This document shows positions 11,924 to 22,537 of a stretch of DNA of 64,000 nucleotides, in pieces. The translations under genes and the position numbers were made by a program. The stretch spans positions 12,152,001-12,216,000 of the forward strand of contig OZ210885.1 of the NCBI GenBank assembly GCA_964658305.1, given 5' to 3'. Numbering within the stretch: position 1 is the first letter of the stretch; each line of letters opens with the position of its first letter. The notes beneath the pieces are model-generated. The model saw only the letters and a program-made list of their open reading frames with translations, did not search any database and was not told the DNA's origin. Source of the stretch: Leptogorgia sarmentosa (Eukaryota).

Positions 11924-12111
11924 GGTAGCGTGGCCGAGTCGTCTAAAGCGCTGGTGTAGGCACCAGTCAGGTTTGTGCCTGGATTAGAAAAACAAAAAGA
12001 AAAAAGAAATTAAAAGAAAAGACAATATTTTTCTGTTTAGAATCAGAATTGCCATATAATATTCTCGACCCAGTACCTCTCGAGTAAAGTGAGCCCAAAA
12101 TAAATTTCTGC
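11924..12111 (+). pseudogene. tRNA-Leu(TAG) 5' fragment fused to the right end of the MITE family seen at 15115-15517
   Basis: GGTAGCGTGGCCGAG...TAGGCACCAGTC followed by sequence matching 15395-15517 and ending AAGTGAGCCCAAAATAAATTTCTGC. Confidence 0.7.
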
Positions 12112-12233
12112 TTGCTGCATATATGTATTCCTTGTTAAGTATTTTAATTGACAGTTTTAACAAGTTGGATAGCTCATGCAGTGTATTTGCGGCAATTGTC
12201 TTCCTCGTTCTTCGAAGCAATCGAGAAAAATAG

Positions 12234-12306
12234 AGCCTCATCAGAGATTTGAACTCTGGACCCCTGGTTTACAAGACCAGTGCTCTAACCACTGAGCTAA
12301 TGAGGC
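12234..12306 (-). tRNA. tRNA-Thr(TGT)
   Basis: GCCTCATTAGCTCAGTGGTTAGAGCACTGGTCTTGTAAACCAGGGGTCCAGAGTTCAAATCTCTGATGAGGCT. Confidence 0.88.
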
Positions 12307-12494
12307 ACCTCGTTTCGATCATAAATTTCATAATATAAATTTATTTACCATAATAATTTGCCATTTCAGTAAAAAAAATTCTTTAAAAATTTAGCTTCTA
12401 TTCACATTTCATAATATCGCAAGAATTCCCTTCACTTCCAAACATGTTATAACACGATTTACAAAAACTTGTATTTACCAACAATTATCCTCAT

Positions 12495-12568
12495 AGCCTC
12501 ATCAGATAATTGAACTCTGGACCCCTGGTTTACGAAACCAGGTCTCTATACCCCTGAGCTAATGAGGC
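12495..12568 (-). tRNA. tRNA-Thr(CGT), variant
   Basis: Same body as Thr(TGT), anticodon loop TTCGTAA; D- and T-arm changes. Confidence 0.65.
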
Positions 12569-12722
12569 GACCTGCAGGTGAAAGCTTCTAAGATGCTTTA
12601 TCCTACATAAGCTCTTTGATTAGGTTTTTTATTTGATCAGTCTCCACACATCTTGGATATAACTCATGCAACATATTCGTGGCAATTGCCTTCACTGTGC
12701 TTCGAAGAAATAGAGAAAAATG

Positions 12723-12807
12723 AGCCTCATCAGAGATTTGAACTCTGAAACCCTGGTTTACCAGCTGTTTTACTAGACCAGTGCTCTAACGCCTGAGCTA
12801 ATGAGGC
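12723..12807 (-). tRNA. tRNA-Thr(AGT)-like gene with a 12-nt insertion 3' of the anticodon
   Basis: CTGGTCTAGTA[AAACAGCTGGTA]AACCAG. Confidence 0.55.
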
Positions 12808-13120
12808 ACGCTGTCAACTCCCTGTTGATTTCAGAAGCTTGCTGTTGAATTTTATTACCTAATTTACCTTTGCTATTCCTCAATAATTCATTCATTTGCA
12901 AAATGATTAAAATTCAGATTATGTTCAGGTTTTCTATCTTTGACAAACGATTACTCCCAGAGTCGATAAGTCTGTTAGAAGTTCCTCACTTCCTGTTAAA
13001 AGTTCCCCGCTTATTGACTTCCTGTGTGAAAGTTGTAACTTAAAACCACGAAATAGCACCACAAATTTCGAACAATAATTATCTAATTAATTTTAAATGA
13101 ATTATTTTGGGCATAGGTCA

Positions 13121-13193
13121 GTTTCCGTAGTGTAGTGGTTATCACATGCGCTTAACACGCGCAAGGTCCTCAGTTCAATCCTGGGCGGAAACA
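13121..13193 (+). tRNA. tRNA-Val(AAC)
   Basis: GTTTCCGTAGTGTAGTGGTTATCACATGCGCTTAACACGCGCAAGGTCCTCAGTTCAATCCTGGGCGGAAACA. Confidence 0.85.
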
Positions 13194-13307
13194 TACATAT
13201 GAGCTTTTTTAACTGGATATTTTTTTCCCTGGAAATTTTCAATAAAACACGATGTGAATACATCTATTAATGTGAATACATCTATTTCCATATTTGCGCG
13301 TTGGTCA

Positions 13308-13380
13308 GTTTCCGTAGTGTAGTTGTTATCACATGCGCTTAACACGCGCAAGGTCCTCAGTTCGAATCTGGGCGGAAACA
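13308..13380 (+). tRNA. tRNA-Val(AAC), tandem duplicate
   Basis: Direct copy 187 bp downstream of 13121; D-loop GG>TG. Confidence 0.7.
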
Positions 13381-13910
13381 TACATATGAGCTTTTTTAAC
13401 TGCAGATATTTTTTTGTTTGGAATTTCTCGTGACAAGTTTCTGCACTTGAGTCTGGCGCCTTAGACCGCTCGGTTATGCTGACTCACATGAAAACATGGA
13501 ATTTCTACCACATTTATTCTTTGCTACCTTCAACATGCCACATCCCGTTCTGATTTTCTCTTGACAACTGACGTGAGCCGAATACGTGACGGAGGCACAC
13601 GTTATTTTATTGGAATTTTTTCAATCAATCGCAGTTAGAATCGAACGATTTTAAAACCATTGTCAATTTTCAATGGTCATCGGAAATACTGTGTTTATGT
13701 TGTTTTTGTATTATCTTGTTAGTGTTTGGGAGGGTGAAATTGAGGAATTGGTATACTTCTCGTGTAGTGCACCAAGATGCAGGAGTGGGATTCAGATGCT
13801 TTTCCAATTTAGATAAAAAAACATGTTGATAAATTAAAAAACATGCATGCACTGGTAAAAGTAATTGCAAGTCGTGCATCTTTCAAAAATAGTTCGCACG
13901 TCCAAGCAAC

Positions 13911-13985
13911 GTAATCATGGCCGAGAGGTTAGGCGACAGACTAGAAATCTGTTGGGAGTTTCCCGCGCAAATCCTGCCGACTACG
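13911..13985 (+). pseudogene. tRNA-Ser(AGA) pseudogene
   Basis: Ser body with the B-box GGTTC deleted. Confidence 0.75.
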
Positions 13986-14289
13986 TTATGCAAAGCCTTC
14001 ACGATTTTGTCCTCGAATGTGAACATGATTTTTTTGGTGAAAAAACTCGATAACAGGAAGTTGTGTTCTCGATGGTGGTGGCTGAGTGTTTAAAGTGACA
14101 GATTCAATGCCCAAGTTTTCCATCTACAAAATCAACAGAAAGAAGTCGCGTTTTTTATTGCATTAAAGTTATGAAACATGCCAAGAAAGATTTTGTATTT
14201 GAATGTAAAATTGAAAAAACAGAGGTCCGTGAATTGATTATAGCTGCGTTTGAAAGTATATGTACGTAATTAACCTAGTCGAGAGCACA

Positions 14290-14361
14290 GGGAGTGTAGC
14301 TCAGTGGTAGAGCATTCGACTGCAGATCGAGAGATCGGTGGTTCAAACCCGCCCGCTCCTT
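14290..14361 (+). tRNA. tRNA-Cys(GCA)
   Basis: GGGAGTGTAGCTCAGTGGTAGAGCATTCGACTGCAGATCGAG...GGTTCAAACCCGCCCGCTCCTT. Confidence 0.82.
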
Positions 14362-14576
14362 AATTTATCACACCTATAAACTGTAAAACTTTCAACTTCA
14401 TTGGAAAAAATGCAACCCAAAGGGTCAAGATGCATATACTGCCATTCGTGTTAAATATATCCACCAATACTTGAACACGATTAGTCCTTCTGTTAAGTAC
14501 TAAAAAATTTTGTTCGAGTTTACGGGCAGATTGAAGATTTATTCATATCGAAGTGCAAGCCAATATTAATGTCAAC

Positions 14577-14675
14577 GTAGTCGTGGCCGAGTGGTTAAGG
14601 CGACAGACTTGAAATCTGTTGGGAAATTCCCGCACAGGTTCAATTCCCGCACAGGTTCAAATCCTGCCGACTACA
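14577..14675 (+). pseudogene. tRNA-Ser(TGA) with a 17-nt internal tandem duplication
   Basis: AATTCCCGCACAGGTTC is present twice in the variable/T-arm region. Confidence 0.75.
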
Positions 14676-14882
14676 CAACAGCAAATTTTCAAAATTTTCT
14701 ATGCACAATGTATTTGGGAAAATTTTGGTGTTATAGGATGTAGTAAAGGAGAAAAAAGAGAAAAGTTATAAAAAGAAGTTCACTAAGAAACTTTTTTAAA
14801 GCAAAGTTTTCAACTTCTAACTCAACTCCGAAGGACGAGTGCTATTTGAGGTCTTTGGAAAATTCACGAGTATATCTCTGTG

Positions 14883-14899
14883 GTCTCTGTGGCGCAACT

Positions 14900-14932
<33 letters not shown>

Positions 14933-14956
14933 TTGGTTCGAGTCCAACCAGGGACG
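14883..14956 (+). tRNA. tRNA-Asn(GTT)
   Basis: Third copy of the Asn gene, with shared downstream flank. Confidence 0.85.
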
Positions 14957-15077
14957 TGTTTGGTGTGATGTTGTTCAGACGTCGTGACGGTAAATGTAAC
15001 CGATTTTTTGAGTGGGATTTACTAAGGATTTTGGAAAGCTTTCAAAAAAGAGAACAACTTAGTTGGTTTACTAACTA

Positions 15078-15545
15078 GGGCTTGCACGGGAATCAAACCG
15101 GTGACCTCCCGCACGCAGAAAATTATTTTGGGCTCACTTTCTTTGGGATACTTGGTAACCGCGCGTACTTTTATATGTTATATTGCAAAATCTATTCATA
15201 TAAAAGCTTTTTAACGGCAATTTTGTCGAGCTTCGTTAGCTCAGGAGTTACGGTCCCTACTTGCCAGTAGCGACCCTGCAGTTTCGATTCTCGCGTGTTG
15301 GCTTTTTGTCATTTTGCTTTTTTTTCATTTTGTTTGTTTATTTTCAAGCTTTTTTTCTCACCATTTTGTTGTTAGGGTCAGAATTACTGTTTGGGCCAGG
15401 ATTAGAAAAACAAAAAGAAAAAGAAAAGACAATATTTTCTGTTTAGAGTCAGAATTGCTGTATAATATTCTCGACCCAGTACTTCCCGAGCAAAGTGAGC
15501 CCAAAATATTATTCTGCCTCCCGCACCCTAAGCGAGAATCATACA
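15078..15545 (-). pseudogene. tRNA-Pro(AGG) split by a MITE
   Basis: 3' half at 15078-15114 and partial 5' half at 15518-15545; CTCCCGCAC duplicated. Confidence 0.8.
15115..15517. mobile_element. Non-autonomous DNA transposon (Mutator-like) with 9-bp TSD
   Basis: TIR GCAGAAAATTATTTTGGGCTCACTTT / AAAGTGAGCCCAAAATATTATTCTGC; exact TSD CTCCCGCAC. Confidence 0.8.
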
Positions 15546-15656
15546 AGCCATTGATTGTATCGAATCTCTAATGTACTTTGTACTGAGGAAGATAAATACG
15601 GGCTTAATGTAATATCTCAGCCGTTCCAAAACATTTTCAATTCTTGCAGCGAAGTC

Positions 15657-15728
15657 GCCGTGATCGTATAGTGGTTAGTACATTGCGTTGTGACAGCAAT
15701 AACCTAAGTTCGAATCCTGGTCACGGCA
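15657..15728 (+). pseudogene. tRNA-His(GTG), degenerate
   Basis: His body with anticodon-stem and T-stem mismatches. Confidence 0.65.
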
Positions 15729-15940
15729 TCTGTTTCAAACACCAGAAAGTGTTGTAATCACCATTGCGGGCATTGTCATGGACATGGCCTTTCTGTATTA
15801 TCAAGTTGTACTTGACAAGATTTATCGTTTTTTTGTTATCAAAAATGCAATAGAATATCTCACGAACTCTTGCATTTTCCACGTTGTGAAACTTCTCTTC
15901 GAACGACAGCTCGCGCATGCGTAAACGTTTGACCGCGGTG

Positions 15941-16094
15941 TTCCTTCAGGGTAGCCGCGTCCCATAATGTTAAGCTCGCTTTTCTCTGTTAAAATATGGC
16001 TCAGAATAGCAAGTAAATCGCCTTCGGGCGAAGACTTGAAGAATCGAAGAGTCGAAGAATCGAAGACTTGAAGAATCGAAGACTTGAAGAATCG
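15941..16094 (+). repeat. 5' part of an unclassified interspersed repeat ending in a GAAGACTTGAAGAATC array
   Basis: Inverted homology to 25240-25358; the element resumes at 21439. Confidence 0.8.
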
Positions 16095-16176
16095 TCTGGA
16101 ATCATCTTACACTGTTACACAGTAAAACTTTTGTAAACTTTGATACAACGTGGTTTGAAGGAGAAAGTGCGCGGAT

Positions 16177-19100
16177 ATGGCGTCCACTCCGTCCAGCAAA
16201 TCAGTTTCTTGTGAGTGGAGAAAGAAAGGCAACGAAATTTATCTTTCGGCTGCTAACTTAGGCCCAACGCTTCGGAAAGACCGCATTCAACAAGCCATAA
16301 GTATCTACGCGAATGCTTTCGAAACACAGTCAAACAACGACGAGCTTTCTAGCGCTGCGAAAAATTTGGCCATGGCGTCATGGCGTCTCGCCGATGTTAT
16401 CGAAGAAAAATTTGCTCATATTTATCATCTAAAAGAAGCTGCAAAGTACTTCTCCATCTCGTATAACGCTGGCCTTACAAGCAAGCCAAAAAGCTGGATT
16501 GAACCGTTGCTCACAACGACAAGGCAGTTTATCGAGGATGCTATTGAGTTCTCCCAGAACCTGAGCAACTTTAAAGAATGGTCAAAGTTTCTCAATGACA
16601 TCGCTTGTGAAATCAGTGAAGAAAACCTGAAGGCGTACTGCCACCTGAGCCTGGCCAATAGAGAGTTTGGCAACGCGACGGGAAGTGACGACGGCGACGT
16701 GAAAAGACCTGATTATCGCATAATTTAAAATAATTATCATAAATAATTTACAAACATACGGCGTCAAGACGTTGCCGTTCTCCGGACGACGCCATTTTGT
16801 ACAATCTCACGTTGTGTTGACAACGTCTGGGTGTTTGTACGTTTTATGCGGATATGGCTGATCCAAACAAGCAGAGGTGAGGTTTTTCTTGCAAAAAGCA
16901 TTTCAATTAACTAATTTTCAGTATTGAATACCATGTTTGAATTGTTTTGCAGTAAATCTCAAGTCATGAAGTGGACTGACCAACATGACCTCGAGTTGGT
17001 AAAGGAAATTCTAGCCGAACGTCCTTTTGACCATCCTAAGGGTTCGAGACAAATAGGGTTAGTTTGGCAAAAAATCGTTGATAATTTGAATGGTAGAGCA
17101 GATATAGTGTTCAATCTGAAGGATATAAGGGCTGTACGCGATCGCTATAATTTGTTGGAAAGAAAATTTAAGAAGAAAGAGAGAGAAGAAATTAATGCTT
17201 CAGGCATTGGCACCTATGAGTCGAGTGAGCTTGATGACGCTATCGAGGAAGCTTCAGCTCTTTTTGAAAGTCTGGGAGAGGAACGAGAAAAGGGGAAATC
17301 GGCAAAGGAAGAAGACAGAATTCAAGCAGAGGATGTACGATTGGTCGCGTTGGAAACTGCTAGAGAAACAGCAAAAAGAAAAGCGACATCAGTAAACGAC
17401 TCGTTCAAAGCCAAGAAAACAGCTATTGTAGAATTCCTAAGAGATAAATCTAATCAGGAAATTGAGTTTAAAAAAGAAGAACTGGAAGTTCGAAAGCAAG
17501 AGCTAGAAATGAGGAACAGGGAACTTGAAGCTCAACGTCAACAAAATCAGAACTTGTTACAGACTTTGTTAGAGTTTGCAAAAAATCGTTAGCGAGGTTC
17601 GACTAGAACTGTGAGTACATATTTGTTTGCGTTTGTGATTGATTTAAGCACTGGCCTTTGTATGAGTTTAGTTACAGTGTCAGTTGCAGACATACATTTT
17701 TTATGGACTGTACGAAAGAGCTGTATCAAAACAAATGAACATTTGATATTGTGTGTTATACAGTGTAAAGTTTATTATATGTTCATTAAAACAAAAACTG
17801 TTGGTTGAAAATGTTCCATGTTTATTCTTTTTCTGTTGAAATAATTACATACAGTTTGGCAAGTATTTGTTTGGAATACTTAATACATATAACATAACAC
17901 TAGTGTAAATGAATTATCTTTACTCATAGTTACTTTACTTTACTTAATTAAATAGTCCTGCTGCACTTTTAATTGAGAACACTATACACCAACTCTCCAG
18001 AAATAGTTTTCCAGTGCTGGTGGATCAATTTCAAAATATTCTGACACTATGTTACCATACAAGCAAGCTAGACTGTTTTGCAATATTGCAGATACAATGT
18101 AAATCTTTCCAATTGGACTTAACCTTATTTTAAGTTGCTGCTTAAAATCCACAAACTTGAAATACTTGGTTATTTCTCCAAACAACCATTCAACGCTGAC
18201 CCGCACACTGCTCATTGCTTTGTTATATTGCTTCATATATTCTGTTAACTCACCATTATTCCGGAATGGTTGCTGAAGGTGGACCCTTAATGGATAGGCT
18301 GGGTCACCATATAGACATAGTGGAGTGCCGTCAGGGGCAAAGGCATACTGGTTGAGGTCTTCCATCAAACCTGACTCACCCAATATCCTTGCATCATGCA
18401 TTCGCCCCTCTATAGGAGAAACAAATTAAGATATATAATCATAATAAATATTTTGAAAAATCTCATGGAGAGGGATATTGGAGGTGGTTGTTTGATAAAA
18501 ATTTGTTCTTAATTTAAAATTGTTGGGAAGACAATAGTCGATTATATGCAGAACACTTACCCCATGGTCCAGACAAGTTTGCTATCAAACCATTTGGAAT
18601 GCAAACACTTTGGAATTTAATGGCATGTAAACGTTTATGACCATTGTAAACAATTCTCTGGTTGATACTGGGTCTGCAAATTGGTCGAACTGTTCCATCA
18701 ATGAAGCCAAAGCATGTTAGGAGGGGGGAACCTTTGGAATGAATCGCATTTGCATAGGAAGCCAGATCTTGAGGTGATAGAAATGGTTGATTCCAACTGC
18801 GTAGTCTAAAACCATGGTTGTTGTAAACATGATTGATAGCATACTGGGTTATCTTGCAAAGTTCAGGCACAGATCGGCCAAACATCGGAACCATATCACA
18901 ATATCGCACTGGGTAGGCAAATCGCTTCAGCAATACGCACAAAGCCTCCAACCCAGAACAATCTGTTGCATGAGGAATGGAAACTATCTCCGGAAACTCA
19001 AGTACGTCTTTCAATAGCAGTATGTCTTGTTTGTCAAACCGAAACTCGACTTTGCATGTACATTCGTCAACATTTTCCCACTCAAACGGGTTGTACTCGC

Positions 19101-20210
19101 GATGGGGAAAATTTGAGTGCCGATTCGTCGACAAAAATAAGTAGTCTTGGAGTAATAATAGCTCCTCTTGTGATATTAAACCATCGTCGTAGGAAAAAAG
19201 GAGAGTGTCAAGAACGTCATCCATTTTGATTTTGTTAGGTTTTAAATTTTGCCGCCAAACAGATTCCCGGCGCGACGGCGACGTTTCTCGAAACGCACTC
19301 TCTCCCTAGTCCCAACTCGGTCTTAGCCGTCGCCGTCGTCACTTCCCGTCGCGTTGCCAAACTCTCTGATGCCACTTTTAAAGCGGGCGTCTCCGAGCTT
19401 GCTGATGGCAAGTATAAAGAATGTTTGTTCCTGATGCGCGAATGTTACCATCCTGTTGAAGAGGCGAGGAGATATGGTCATTGTGATCCATTTGTGTCCA
19501 CAGAAGTGGCTGTTTTTGAGGGTGATATTTTCCTGCACCAATGCACAGCTGAATCGATCCAGGCATGCTCAACTGGGGACGACCTATTTAGATCAGTGTT
19601 ATGTGATGAAGGCAACCTTAATGTCGATATGGTATGGGAGGTTGTTGACTTCTACAAACAGGCAATTCTGTTGACGAGAGAAAAGGATGTGGAGTTTGAG
19701 GCAATTGGGCATAGTCGTCTTGGAAGAGTTTATGACCAGGTGCTTAAGCTGAAGGTCAAAGCCAAGGAGAATTTCATGCGATGCCTTGAGCTTTGCAACT
19801 CCATGTACCCACGGGTGTTCACCTCCGAGAAATGGTACCAGGAAGCTACAGAAGCCCTGAATTGGTACCAGCAGGAAACAGTAAGAAAAGAAGAGGAAGC
19901 ATGGTCAACTGAGAAAAATGCAATTTTGCTCGAGCTGAAAGCGGATATAAAGAAATTGGAAGAGCTTTCAACGGACGCAGAAGCTCTCTTGCGTCACATA
20001 TACAAAGTACATCCACCAAAGAACAAAGATCACAAGCTCAACGAATCTTTCCTTAGCGGTGAAAATCGAAACGTTAAAAAAGCTCTCCGTGAAAGTCTGT
20101 TGCATTACCACCCAGATAGACTTAAAGCTAAGGACCTTGGCAAGAAGTGGATTGTGTTGTGCGAAGAAATCACCAAATATTTAAACCGGAAATACGAAGT
20201 GTATAAGTGA
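16177..20210 (+). CDS. Intronless helical-repeat (TPR-like) protein with C-terminal J-domain, ~441 aa, interrupted by a transposon (join 16177-16659, 19368-20210)
   Basis: Removing 16660-19367 fuses the two ORFs in frame (...LAN|DATFKAG...). The C-terminus KKALRESLLHYHPDRL...LCEEITKYLN has the J-domain HPD motif. Confidence 0.8.
16854..17592 (+). CDS. Myb/SANT-like DNA-binding partner protein of the Harbinger element (join 16854-16876, 16953-17592)
   Basis: GT-AG intron restores the frame; KWTDQHDLELVKE...VWQKIVDNLN...VRDRYNLL trihelix pattern plus coiled coil. Confidence 0.8.
17982..19224 (-). CDS. Harbinger-type DDE transposase, 363 aa (join 19224-18561, 18409-17982)
   Basis: Motifs GFIDGT, YNGHK, PWEGRMHDA (across the intron), YGDPAY, VSVEWLFG; GT-AG intron. 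Confidence 0.92.
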
Positions 20211-20595
20211 TATAGGAGCTCTTTTATATTGAACATATTTTTTTTCTGGAGAGGTGGAAGATGTTATATATTCAATGATATGTAAGAACATGTTTATATT
20301 TTGGCTTATTAACTATACAATGGACTTACTTCAAGATTGTTAGAAAATATTTAAAATGTTATGTTGGGAAGGACCTCTTTTATATTGAACATTTAGCAAA
20401 AAGTGTAATTATCTTTAGAATCAATAAACAAAGTAGTAGGTAATTGACTCTCATTCACATTGTCTGTCCGACCCCTCTTTGACATACTATGTTGGTATAT
20501 TGCCCTATTTTCCTTTTCTTGCAACCACTGATCACGTTTGGAAATCAAATAAATATGACAACTATTTCTGTACATTTTATTGGTAATAAATTGGT

Positions 20596-21364
20596 CTACT
20601 CTTCGTCTGCTTCTAAGTTTATACTGTCTCCAAATTTCCCATAAAGCTTTGCTTTCAAAGATGTCAAAACACCTTGAATCTCTGTAAACTGTTCTTCACA
20701 GTTTTGTATTTCTTCTTTAATTTTCGTTTTTTCCCTCTCCAACTGTTCTTCAATTTCTTCTTGACTCATCTGAAGAAACACTTCCCCAACCTTGTATCTG
20801 AGCGTTCTGTCAAGGTTTCAAAAAGTGATTGAACAGCCTAAATCAAAAGCCTGTTTGCTGCAATTTCTATATGAACACCAGTTGCCTGAACTTTAATGCC
20901 AGAAAAAATCAGCCCACGTTGTCTTTGTATTAAATAAAGGATACGATATTAACGAATCTTCAACCATCAAAAGCTCATCAGAGGCATCTTCCAAATTTTG
21001 AAGATCTTTCTGCATGAAAAGTAAAACAGTCAACACTTTTAGATAGACATCTAATAACCTCCCAGAAACCAGATAACGAAATTATCTCGCTATTTTTTGC
21101 TAGATACTATCTCCAGTGGTGCGTTAACGTACTTTTTTTGTTTCCATTTCATCTTTTAATTCGTCCATTCTGGTATTTCTCCTTGCAAATGTATTAATTT
21201 GTTGCTGGTCTTCCAGTGTAATTTCTATCTCTTCTTTGCCTTTCCCTAAATTCTACAATACATAAGCTCTTAATTTATACATGCAAAACAAGAAACTGTT
21301 GCAAATACATAAAGCAAATGTCAAAAATACAAAAGATGTAAAAATGTACCTTTACAACCGCCAT
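20596..21364 (-). CDS. PFDN4: Prefoldin subunit 4, 133 aa (exons 21364-21350, 21252-21133, 21009-20945, 20797-20596)
   Basis: Spliced translation ITLEDQQQINTFARRN...LQNLEDASDELLM...YKVGEVF...LKAKLYGKFGDSINLEADEE, typical of PFDN4. Confidence 0.93.
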
Positions 21365-21438
21365 CTTGAATATCAAATAATTGTGCTTCCACATTGATAT
21401 GGAAAATATCCTTTCACGTTTTCATTTCATTCTCTACT

Positions 21439-21681
21439 GAATCGAAGACTTGAAGAAGTGTTGTGAATTCCCTTCGTGTTTCTGCGTGGTGTTGTCAAGT
21501 GTTGTGAATTCCGTACGTGTTCGCCATTCGTTCGTGCGTCGTTTGGCCTTGATTTTGGCAGCAGTACTCTTCGTGTTCGTGCCTGTTTGCGGGGCCCTCT
21601 AGGGGGTAACGCTAAGGCGGTGGTCTTTACTTCCAACCTTGCTTCGTGCTTCTGTTGTAGGGTGAGGTGCTTGACTGAAAC
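21439..21681 (+). repeat. 3' continuation of the split repeat element
   Basis: High-identity inverted homology to 24871-25075; begins with the GAATCGAAGACTTGAAGAA unit. Confidence 0.85.
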
Positions 21682-21778
21682 TTCTGGAACAATTTCTGTT
21701 TTTTAGACCAATTAGAAGTCCCTCAAAGAATGGCGCACGTCACCGATACCAATCACTCGCTCCAGCATATTAACTTAG

Positions 21779-21807
21779 TATAAATACATTTCCTCATCAA
21801 CATCAGT
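21779..21807 (+). promoter_or_regulatory. TATA box plus TCAGT initiator upstream of the double-RING ORF
   Basis: TATAAATA at 21779, TCAGT at 21803, ATG at 21819. Confidence 0.55.
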
Positions 21808-21818
21808 CACACATCGAA

Positions 21819-22274
21819 ATGGAAAAGATTGACGTTCTACCAGAACCAGAAGACGAGATGTACACAACCATCATTCCTCTCTTTGGAATCCTAACGGAAA
21901 ATAAAGACGAGAAAGGGCGGTGCTACTTCTGCTATGAAGACATCGAATTAAACGAAATGTTGGCCATGACCATGGACTGCTGCCGTCAAAGAGCCCATCC
22001 TGAGTGTTTTCGACAGTGGGCAGCAAGAAGCACAACGCCCGGAACCGTGAGATGCGGCCACTGTCGAACGGCGTTTCCAGATAAAGAACTATGCTGGTTG
22101 TGTTTGAAAACGAAAAACGAAGACGAAGAGCAGCAAGAAACCGACTGCTGCGGGACACATGTGCACAAAAAATGTGTAGACACTGTAAAAGAAACATTCA
22201 AACGATTACCTTTCAATTTCTCCATAGAGTGCGGAGAAATTACACACTGTGGATGCCTCTGGCACTCCATTTAA
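21819..22274 (+). CDS. Intronless protein with two tandem RING-variant (C4HC3-like) zinc fingers
   Basis: CYFC...CCRQRAHPECFRQW...CGHC and CWLC...CCGTHVHKKC...C; compact promoter. Confidence 0.7.
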   Translation: MEKIDVLPEPEDEMYTTIIPLFGILTENKDEKGRCYFCYEDIELNEMLAMTMDCCRQRAHPECFRQWAARSTTPGTVRCGHCRTAFPDKELCWLCLKTKNEDEEQQETDCCGTHVHKKCVDTVKETFKRLPFNFSIECGEITHCGCLWHSI

Positions 22275-22309
22275 CTGCAAATATTTTTTGAAAATGTTAA
22301 TAATACACC

Positions 22310-22537
22310 GATACTAATTACTCGCTCCTGTATATTAATTACCTCTGGCGCGCATACTAATTACTTTTTCCGCTATATTCCTAATGCATATTATTTACTT
22401 CCGGCGCGCACTGCATACTATTTACTTCCGGCGCTATCTTGGACACACTTCTGCATACTATTTACTTCCGGCGCTATCTTGGACACACTTCTGCATACTA
22501 ATTACTTCCGGCGCCATATAGGCGGTATAGTACTACC
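22310..22537 (+). repeat. Subterminal motif array (40-bp tandem units) and putative element terminus
   Basis: CTGCATACTATTTACTTCCGGCGCTATCTTGGACACACTT x2 plus variants; ends CGCCATATAGGCGGTATAGTACTACC. Confidence 0.65.

Larger units (their letters stand above)
16660..19367. mobile_element. Apparently intact PIF/Harbinger-group (Pangu-like) transposon
   Basis: Perfect 40-bp TIR AGAGAGTTTGGCAACGCGACGGGAAGTGACGACGGCGACG; flanks AAT/GAT; two convergent genes (Myb/SANT-like plus DDE nuclease). Confidence 0.92.

Noticed and set aside
16660..16728. C-terminus REFGNATGSDDGD shared by ORFs at 16177 and 19323
   Set aside because: Translation of the transposon TIR, not a protein motif.
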